Origin: Candidatus Bathyarchaeota archaeon
GTDB lineage: Archaea > Thermoproteota > Bathyarchaeia > Bathyarchaeales > Bathyarchaeaceae
DNA: 35,065 bases
NCBI GenBank assembly: GCA_014859755.1
Contig: JACUTO010000001.1
Location: 1 to 35,065, forward strand
Direction of reading: 5' to 3'
Shown here: in pieces, positions 1-6,458 of the stretch
Numbering within the stretch: position 1 is the stretch's first letter
Layout: every line of letters begins with the position of its first letter
Notes under the pieces: model-generated
The model's input: the letters and a program-made list of their open reading frames with translations, nothing else
The model's database searches: none
What the model was told of the DNA's origin: nothing
Position numbers and translations under genes: made by a program

Positions 1-59
1 TTGCGGTATTCTTCCAACCATTCTTTGCTTGGATACAAAACCATTTTGTTCACCGACAT
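1..59 (-). CDS. 5' end of a CDS that runs off the left edge of the window (MSVNKMVLYPSKEWLEEYR...). Product unknown; the N-terminus resembles SCP2-like proteins.
   Basis: The reverse complement of 1-59 starts with ATG at 59-57 and stays open to the window edge. A second in-frame ATG gives MVLYPSKEW. An AT-rich TATA-like stretch (revcomp TTTTTATTTC) lies about 20-30 nt upstream. Only 19 codons are visible. Confidence 0.3.
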   Translation of the reverse strand, partial: MSVNKMVLYPSKEWLEEYR

Positions 60-266
60 TTCAATTAAATTCTTAGAAATAAAAATCTTACAGTCGCATT
101 CTTTCTAACCAATGACATTCTTGAATTATTAACCAAATTTGCACGCTTCGTGTAGAAAAACCGAGCGCTTGTGCTATTGGGACTAGAATAAGAGTGAAGG
201 ATAAGCTCGAGCGCGAAAAAAGATTGTACAGGACTGGGATAATTTAGCGCTATTCTGAAATCATAG

Positions 267-280
267 AATGCGCGCGCATT
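267..280. repeat. 14-bp perfect palindrome AATGCGCGCGCATT; its 13-mer ATGCGCGCGCATT recurs at 33949-33961
   Basis: Read directly from the sequence. It is self-complementary and sits in an AT-rich spacer. Confidence 0.9.
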
Positions 281-316
281 GAGTTTAGACACAAAAGAAT
301 GTATAATGTCCGTTTT

Positions 317-338
317 GAACACGACATGAACACGACAT
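317..338. repeat. Perfect tandem duplication of the 11-mer GAACACGACAT
   Basis: GAACACGACAT at 317-327 is followed immediately by GAACACGACAT at 328-338. Confidence 0.9.
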
Positions 339-356
339 TTTACGGGGGAAGGGATT

Positions 357-490
357 TGTCACACCTTTTCTATGGAAAAACAACATTGTGTGACACTTTT
401 TTTTGAAGTTGTGAAATGTCTGTCACACCTTTCCAAAAACAACATTATTTTGTCACACCTTTTATCGAAGTGTCACACCTTTTGTCACAC
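357..490. promoter_or_regulatory. Array of six TGT(C/G)ACA(C) palindromic boxes (candidate operator or iteron array)
   Basis: The box centres are at 360, 392 (inverted form GTGTGACAC), 424, 454, 474 and 486. Four boxes carry the extended TGTCACACCTTT. A co-repeated AAAAACAACATT lies at 376-387 and 435-446. Confidence 0.6.
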
Positions 491-876
491 ATTATCCTCA
501 CGCACTCAATCTTGTGAAGTGTGAAGGTCATGGTCTAAGAGAATCTCTTATGAAGTTTCTATAATCGTATTAAGTTCCCTAGCATGAAGCCCTAAAGCCT
601 TTATCATGTGTTTATCTATTTCACAACATAGTTTTTCCATGAGTTTATCCATAAACTAAGGTTTATTGTCTAGACTATGTTTCGTAAAAGGGGCTGAATC
701 CCAAGTGTCAAATTTCACAGTAGTTTTAGGCAAATCGTAAATGCATGCATGCAATCGTTTTGCGAAGATAGCTGTGTGTATCTGTGTTTTGGGTCGTCTT
801 CGTTTGTAGATGGTTATGGCAACTGTAAGCACAGTAAGTATAAGTAGTATTGATGTTCATGTGAGAAACTCTGTTG

Positions 877-1938
877 TTATTCGGTTTTCCCGGTTGTTTT
901 CTTGACCTTTGTGAAATAGACCAGAAGGGCTACTCCGCCTATTGCTATTATCGCTGTTGCGGCTACAACCCATGTAGTTGGGCAAGGCTCGGTAGTTGGT
1001 ATCGGTGGGGGTTCTTCATCAGGGAATTCTGGAATCACGACGTGGTCCATAAGTGGATAGCGGTCTTGATTGTTTTCATCGATGACGTATGGTGTGTCCC
1101 ATATGCCTGAACCATCCAGTTCCTTAGCATTTGGGTATCTATCCTCATAGTCGCTCCAGTAGTTACCGCCTGAAGGATAACCATCATCCCAAATGTTCAC
1201 TGAGATAGCCGAAAAAGGCTCCTCCCAATGAACATCGTTAACCTGTTTCGTGTTATGGATGAAGCTATTATGGTAAATAATGTTGTTTTGAGACCCAGCG
1301 AAGGGAACATGCCCACTGACGTAGATGCCTTCCTCGTTTTTTGCTATATAGTTTCCAATAATTTTGTTTGAAGACCCGAAGAAGTGGATGCCAACATCGT
1401 TGTTTATTATGTTGTTTCCAGAAATATTGTTATAGTGTGAGCCTTGCTCGAACGCGCTTACACTTCCTCCGAGCGCGACGCCACGTTTATTTGCTGTTAT
1501 GTTATTTCCGGAAATGGTGTTATTTGAAGCTAGCCAAAACCATATTCCAAGAAAGTTGTTTGTTATGTAGTTTCCAGAGATAATGTTGTTTGAAGAACCA
1601 TTGAGGAAGATACCCTCTCTGAATCCTTCGATTTCCATATTCCTAATAAACACATTGCTCCTACTCGTCAGGCTTATTCCTTTTCCGTTTCCTGTGCCTT
1701 GTAGGGTGTAGCCTGCCCCATCAACCACAATGTTATCCCTCTCCACAACAATAGAATCGTTGATGTTGCCTGTGAAGGTGTAGACGTTTCCTTCACGCTG
1801 AATCTTATCCGTTCCCTCAACACTTCCATCAGCCCTAATGTAAATTGTCTCCTCTGCTACGACTGGACTTTTGAACCTCATAACCATTGCTGTTGAAAAG
1901 AGCACAAATACAAAGGTTAACAAAACAATCTTCTTCAT
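877..1938 (-). CDS. Secreted, membrane-anchored right-handed beta-helix (PbH1/NosD-like) surface protein, copy A
   Basis: 353-aa ORF. It has a signal peptide (MKKIVLLTFVFVLFSTAMV) and many NNxIxGNxIxxN beta-helix turns. The conserved tail GGNYWSDYEDRYPN...GIWDTPY...DRYPL is typical of NosD-like archaeal proteins. The C-terminus is a TM helix plus basic tail (GVALLVYFTKVKK). It is a paralog of 5105-6268. Confidence 0.85.
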   Translation of the reverse strand: MKKIVLLTFVFVLFSTAMVMRFKSPVVAEETIYIRADGSVEGTDKIQREGNVYTFTGNINDSIVVERDNIVVDGAGYTLQGTGNGKGISLTSRSNVFIRNMEIEGFREGIFLNGSSNNIISGNYITNNFLGIWFWLASNNTISGNNITANKRGVALGGSVSAFEQGSHYNNISGNNIINNDVGIHFFGSSNKIIGNYIAKNEEGIYVSGHVPFAGSQNNIIYHNSFIHNTKQVNDVHWEEPFSAISVNIWDDGYPSGGNYWSDYEDRYPNAKELDGSGIWDTPYVIDENNQDRYPLMDHVVIPEFPDEEPPPIPTTEPCPTTWVVAATAIIAIGGVALLVYFTKVKKTTGKTE

Positions 1939-2015
1939 ATTTAATCACTATATTACTATGGTATTTCCTATTTACATATTATTCTGCTTGCACTCTGCTT
2001 CTAATTTTTTGGGAG

Positions 2016-2040
2016 ACCTTAAAAACAGAAAAAAGAGGTG
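2016..2040 (-). terminator. Oligo-T tract on the minus strand downstream of the 869-aa gene
   Basis: The minus strand reads CCTCTTTTTTCTGTTTTTAAGG about 40 nt after the stop at 2081. Archaeal termination commonly occurs at oligo-T runs. Confidence 0.4.
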
Positions 2041-2080
2041 CTTTTTGTCGGTGCTACTCGATCTATGGTCTCACATTTCC

Positions 2081-4612
2081 TTACCAATAGACCTCGCCAA
2101 AGTTTATTGCGACTATTAGTGCGTCATCGATGTCGACGATACCGTCACAGTTTAGGTCTGCAATTGAGGTCCACTCGGGGTCCCCTCGAATAGATCCGAA
2201 AACGCCGCTGACGATGATAGCATCATCAATGTCAACTATGCCATCGCCATTCACGTCTCCTGGACAGTGTTTCAATTCGAAAACCGCTGTGACCGTCCAG
2301 TCTTTCCAGAAGTACCAGTATGCTGGGTTCAAATAGTATTTAGTATAGCCATATGTGTAGTATTTGAAAAAGGATCTGTTTCCAGTAGAGCCGGGTTCCC
2401 AGAAGTCATTCACAAAGACCGTATGATATCCCCCGGTTATATCAATGGTTGAGCCAGTGTTTGCAAGGTTATGCATTATGTCGATGTAAACGTCTCTATT
2501 GACGAAATAATTGCCATACTGGTCCGCAGCGAGAACCTTGAAGCTGTACTGGTTTAAATGTATGTCTCCATTTCCATAGACACGCATCTTACCCCAATCC
2601 CACTTCGCAGGTGGTCCACCAGGGAAATTACCGGGCCACCACGTCTCAAATCCTTGGTAAAGTGGACAATAAATGAAAGAACATCCAAACCAGTATAATG
2701 AAGCCAGATTTAGAGCATCTTTTATCGAATAGCTAAGGCTCAAAGCGTAATAATAGAACTTAAGGATGAAGTCTTTGGCCAATACTGTGTAATACCGAAA
2801 ACTTCGGTAAGCCAGAGCGGGAGACGCATTTTCAAAGCCTATGAAACAATAAAGACCGCTGTCAGGACTGCTGTAACCATTAGAGCTTAAGCTATTAGTG
2901 TGAGTCCAAGCGTATGGCATTCCCACCGCTCTTCCGTTACCGTCCACGTACCCTATTAAGTCTCCCTGACGACATGTCCAAATGAACACAAAGAAGTGTT
3001 TGCCTAAACCAGTTTTAGGATAAATTTCATAGTCCCAGATAGTATTGCCGTTGCTGTCAAAATAGTCGTAATGTAAATATCCACCGACGTCGAGGAAACC
3101 CCCATGCCCAAAATGGAATATTGCCACACGATGGAACCCTTGCTCCTTGCTGGAGGCCCAACTTAACACGTTGCTTTTTATTGTACCTGTGTCATAAGCA
3201 TTAGTGACCTCGTATCCTTCCTGACCAAAGCGAGACGCCATGTCGGTGCAGATCTGCTGAGCTGCTGTTCTTTCATAATCAAGCTGATAATAGGTAGAGG
3301 CGTAAGTTATGGCACTTCCACCTGGTTCAGGAAGAGGCTCTGCGTTAGCTGTTGGTATTGGTATTGAGACTATAGTAAGCGGAATCAGAAGAAGAACGCT
3401 CCGCCAAGTTTCAAACATTGATTTTGGCACGTTATCAAGCCTTGAGGTCTTTTTCCTTCTAAAATAGACTGTAGTTGCCCCGAGTGCTATGGCAATTAAG
3501 ATTGGAAGCGCTACCCACGTGATTAGTGTCTGGTTTGGAGCTACTTCACCAACAGAAACTTCATTAGATGGCGGCTTAACGGAGTTTTCACTGTTCACAG
3601 GGGCTTCAGGAGATGATGGAGCACCTCCAAATATCATTGCCCCGATATAACTAACTTCTTTTATGTCTGCCCAGATTCCGACATTTATTCCGGTAACACC
3701 GCCTGGGTAAACTTTGTCTAAGCCTAGTGGGATATACCATTCAGGATACAGTGTTAAGGGATCTCCGCCACGTGCATCCTTTTCCTCCATTGCGTTGAGG
3801 AAACATAACGTTGGTTTGCCTACCTCCACTATATTAAACTCCGTTACTTCTATAGTGTCGTTGCCCATGCACACTTTCCACGAGTAGTTTTTGGCCGCGT
3901 TCATCGCGATTTCTATGGCTTCGTTCTCATCGACGTTTATGTCAGTGCCATCAATTTTATAGAGCCACCAACGGTCAATAAAGTGTTTCAAGAACCCCTT
4001 TTCAAAACCCAAGGATACGCGCTTAGAGCTGGCTTGAACGCCGTTAAATGTGAATGTCCATATGAACTCTGTATGTATTTGGTTAACAATCACTTCAAGC
4101 GTCATATTTCCTGATGTTTTTGTGATGTTTTTGTTGATGTCAATTTTGTCCACCATGCTGCGCATTTCTTGGATATATAAAGCTCCAGAATAGGCATAAT
4201 ATCTGCTGAGAAAGCCCTCAGCCATTTCAAGCACGCTAGTGACTGGTTGAGTCATGGGTGGCGAACCATCGCAATCACTTACATATATCAGCTGTAAAGT
4301 CTTGTTTACAAATGTACAAGCCACCCTTAGCATGCTTTCATTAGACTCAAGAGTGTAGTCCACAATATCTTGGGGAAGAATACCCAAGTACAAATCTTGG
4401 GGGTATTCTTTTGTTTCAGCCGCATACTCTGTTAGGTCGAGACCAACCACGTCGTTTAAGATTGCTAACCCCTTCTCCTGAGTGGATATTTCTGCCGCGT
4501 GCACACTCGGTATTAGGAATGCGTAAGCGCTATAACTCAACAGTATAACAAGGAAAACCGTTATGAACAGAAGCTTTCGTCTAAATTGGTTAGCCATTTC
4601 CATTACCTCCAT
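2081..4612 (-). CDS. Multidomain surface protein: signal peptide, X domain with a PepSY-like segment, TM hairpin, caspase/legumain-like His-Cys domain, beta-rich region, dockerin
   Basis: The ORF is open to 4690, but a GGAGGT Shine-Dalgarno-like site precedes the ATGs at 4603/4597, and the hydrophobic signal (FITVFLVILLSYSAYAFLIPSVHA/AE) follows them. Residues about 66-355 are homologous to ORF 6459-7586. A TM anchor (LITWVALPILIAIALGATTVYFRRKK) is followed by a second signal-like segment (MFETWRSVLLLIPLTIVSIPIPTANA). The motifs VAIFHFGHGG and FFVFIWTCRQG lie 44 residues apart. The C-terminus holds two DxNxDGxVDIDD dockerin repeats. Confidence 0.85.
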   Translation of the reverse strand: MEVMEMANQFRRKLLFITVFLVILLSYSAYAFLIPSVHAAEISTQEKGLAILNDVVGLDLTEYAAETKEYPQDLYLGILPQDIVDYTLESNESMLRVACTFVNKTLQLIYVSDCDGSPPMTQPVTSVLEMAEGFLSRYYAYSGALYIQEMRSMVDKIDINKNITKTSGNMTLEVIVNQIHTEFIWTFTFNGVQASSKRVSLGFEKGFLKHFIDRWWLYKIDGTDINVDENEAIEIAMNAAKNYSWKVCMGNDTIEVTEFNIVEVGKPTLCFLNAMEEKDARGGDPLTLYPEWYIPLGLDKVYPGGVTGINVGIWADIKEVSYIGAMIFGGAPSSPEAPVNSENSVKPPSNEVSVGEVAPNQTLITWVALPILIAIALGATTVYFRRKKTSRLDNVPKSMFETWRSVLLLIPLTIVSIPIPTANAEPLPEPGGSAITYASTYYQLDYERTAAQQICTDMASRFGQEGYEVTNAYDTGTIKSNVLSWASSKEQGFHRVAIFHFGHGGFLDVGGYLHYDYFDSNGNTIWDYEIYPKTGLGKHFFVFIWTCRQGDLIGYVDGNGRAVGMPYAWTHTNSLSSNGYSSPDSGLYCFIGFENASPALAYRSFRYYTVLAKDFILKFYYYALSLSYSIKDALNLASLYWFGCSFIYCPLYQGFETWWPGNFPGGPPAKWDWGKMRVYGNGDIHLNQYSFKVLAADQYGNYFVNRDVYIDIMHNLANTGSTIDITGGYHTVFVNDFWEPGSTGNRSFFKYYTYGYTKYYLNPAYWYFWKDWTVTAVFELKHCPGDVNGDGIVDIDDAIIVSGVFGSIRGDPEWTSIADLNCDGIVDIDDALIVAINFGEVYW

Positions 4613-5104
4613 TTTTTGGTGGAAATCTCTGTCTTTTCTACTGTTCTTTTTCTGGAATCTAAGCCGACTCCCGTCCGCTCCCCTTTCCATGAGGCGTGAG
4701 GCTTAATTCCCCACGCTTTCCCATGCTAGGCGGTGAAACGCCTCCGAAGGAATCACCCTCGGCTTTAATCTCATTTTTTATGTTTTCATGGAAATTGTTA
4801 ATAAAATTTACTGAATGTTTTCAAGATAGACTATGCATCTACAATCGCGACAAATTTGCATTTATTATTCAAGTCAGTACATAAGTTGATGGGACATTCG
4901 TGTATCTCTTGCTTGAGCAAATACATGCAGAGGAGAAGAAAACGTTTCATTTATGCAACCAAGGTATAGTAGAGATATCTCCCGCAAACTCTCCTTTTTT
5001 GTTTTTGAAGGATCCACGAATCGGTTTGCGAAGGCAGCGGTGTGTCATGGCAACCGCAATCACCTTGAGCATAAGTAAAGGTGATGCCCATGGGGAAACT
5101 CTTG

Positions 5105-6268
5105 TTATTCGATTCTCCTGATTTTTCTGAAATAGACCAGAAGGGCTACTCCAACTGCCACTATTATCGCTATGGCAATTACAATCCATGTTGTTGGGAA
5201 AGGCTCTGAATGTTGAGCTATTCTGAAATAGACTATTTCAGAGGCTCCAGTGTACCCGAATGCATCGTTTGCATAAACTCTTAGGATGTGAGAACCGTCA
5301 GATAATCCAGTTAGGGTTGTGTTTCCAGCAATTGTCACAGTGGCTTGGCCGTCCAAGCTGTAACCGATCCATGAAGTTGGTTTATTCACGGTAAAAGTTA
5401 AGGAAACATTGTTTCCAGTGTACGTCTTGTTTTCTGGCGAAACAACGAAAATAGTAGGTGGCGTAGTGTCTGGAAACTCTGGAATTACGACGGGACTCAT
5501 AAGGGGATAGCGGTCTTGATTGTTGGCGTCGATTATGTATGGTGTGTCCCATATGCCTGAATCATCCAGTTCTGTAGCGTTTGGGTATCTATCTTCATAG
5601 TCGCTCCAGTAGTTGCCGCCAGAAGGATAACCATCATCCAAAATATTTGCCGAGGAAGGAAGCCAAGGATTGGACCAACATATATCTTCAACCTGTTTCG
5701 TGTTATTAATGAAGTTATTATGGTAAATAAGGTCATGCGAACCGTGGAATAAGATACCAATTTCGTTGTTTGCTATGTAATTTCCAGTAATGTTGTTTGA
5801 AACCCCAGCCGTCCAAATGCCACTATCAGTGTTCGCCGTTATGTTGTTTCGGGTAATAGTGTTGTTTGAAGAGGGCACGAGGTAGATGCCATCCATGAAA
5901 CTCCGTATTTCCATGTTCTTGATCGTTACGTTGCTTCTGCCTGACAGGTCTATTCCCCGAGAAATATAAGCTGCTGTTCCCAGAAGGGTGAAGCCTGCAC
6001 CATCAATCACAATATTGTCCCTATCAACTTCTATGCCATAATCACCATAATCAATACTAATTTTGCCCGTGAAGACGTAGACGTTTCCGTCACGGTGAAT
6101 CTTATCCGTTCCCTCGACACTTCCGTCAGCCCTGATGTGAATACTTCCACTTGCTTCTACCATGTTGATTTTTGGAAAAGAAACTATCAAGGAACAAAGT
6201 ATCAAGAGCGGAACAAATCTTGATACCAATCTTTTTGTGTTGGATACAACCAACGTTTTACCCAACAT
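5105..6268 (-). CDS. Secreted, membrane-anchored NosD-like beta-helix surface protein with an extra Ig-like domain, copy B
   Basis: The ORF is open to 6406. I prefer the ATG at 6268 because MLGKTLVVSNTKRLVSRFVPLLILCSLIVSF forms a signal peptide and the mature N-terminus (IHIRADGSVEGTDKI) aligns with copy A. It has beta-helix repeats and the same GGNYWSDYEDRYPN...DRYPLM tail. An Ig-like insert spans 5219-5467 (TIFVVSPENKTYTGNNVSLTFTV...SHILRVYANDAFG). The C-terminal anchor is GVALLVYFRKIRR. Confidence 0.8.
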   Translation of the reverse strand: MLGKTLVVSNTKRLVSRFVPLLILCSLIVSFPKINMVEASGSIHIRADGSVEGTDKIHRDGNVYVFTGKISIDYGDYGIEVDRDNIVIDGAGFTLLGTAAYISRGIDLSGRSNVTIKNMEIRSFMDGIYLVPSSNNTITRNNITANTDSGIWTAGVSNNITGNYIANNEIGILFHGSHDLIYHNNFINNTKQVEDICWSNPWLPSSANILDDGYPSGGNYWSDYEDRYPNATELDDSGIWDTPYIIDANNQDRYPLMSPVVIPEFPDTTPPTIFVVSPENKTYTGNNVSLTFTVNKPTSWIGYSLDGQATVTIAGNTTLTGLSDGSHILRVYANDAFGYTGASEIVYFRIAQHSEPFPTTWIVIAIAIIVAVGVALLVYFRKIRRIE

Positions 6269-6425
6269 AATTATTAGCTCTGTACAAAAAAAGATTTGTT
6301 CCTTGATTAGACTAATCCAGAAACTAAGGTCAAAATCCTTTATCCTGAAAATGAACCACCAGAGATCACTAGATAAAAGGATTAGTAGAGATTTTGGATG
6401 AGACATCAGTCTTAATCACAAACTA

Positions 6426-6440
6426 TAAAAAAGGAGGGGT
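6426..6440 (-). terminator. Oligo-T tract on the minus strand just after the stop of ORF 6459-7586
   Basis: The minus strand reads CCCCTCCTTTTTTAT about 20 nt after the stop codon. The same T-rich stretch could also serve as a TATA element for the downstream gene. Confidence 0.4.
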
Positions 6441-6458
6441 GTTGGTGTTCAATGGTTG

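Noticed and set aside
65-322. 85-aa minus-strand ORF listed in the track
   Set aside because: It has a GTG start with no SD-like site. It spans the AATGCGCGCGCATT palindrome and other symmetric AGCGCT and GAGCGC elements. I recognised no motif in it, and it sits in an AT-rich spacer. It is more likely non-coding, although a small real protein whose promoter is the 357-490 array cannot be excluded.
357-490. CRISPR array or archaeal replication origin (ORB boxes) as an explanation for the repeats
   Set aside because: The repeats are only 8-14 bp long with irregular 12-32 bp spacing and no spacer-like unique segments, so this is not a CRISPR array. The motif does not resemble ORB or mini-ORB consensus sequences as I recall them, and no orc1/cdc6 gene is adjacent.
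877-1040. PGF-CTERM or PEF-CTERM archaeosortase sorting signal in the beta-helix proteins (IPEFPD motif)
   Set aside because: The PEF tripeptide lies about 20 residues (copy A) or about 95 residues (copy B) upstream of the TM helix rather than directly before it, and no PGF motif is present. The C-termini look like plain TM anchors with basic tails.
4613-4690. N-terminal extension of the 869-aa ORF (MERGADGSRLRFQKKNSRKDRDFHQK)
   Set aside because: This highly basic stretch lies upstream of a GGAGGT site that is followed by ATGs at 4603/4597 and then the signal peptide. The extension is probably just open reading frame in the 5' region.
4691-4780. Possible small structured RNA or terminator: GAGGCG (4691-4696) pairs with CGCCTC (4739-4744), GGCG-GTGAAA-CGCC forms a hairpin, CCGAAGG/CCCTCGG forms a second hairpin, followed by a T-run at 4774-4779
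   Set aside because: The stems are short and mutually exclusive, with one mismatch. No plus-strand gene precedes them that would need a terminator. They could equally be chance structure in the promoter region of the minus-strand gene. There is not enough evidence to call an ncRNA.
6269-6406. Long form of beta-helix B starting at the ATG at 6406
   Set aside because: Copy A has no equivalent 46-residue extension, and M47 yields a normal signal peptide. A T-rich, TATA-like tract about 25 nt upstream of 6406 leaves a leaderless long form possible, so this rejection is tentative.
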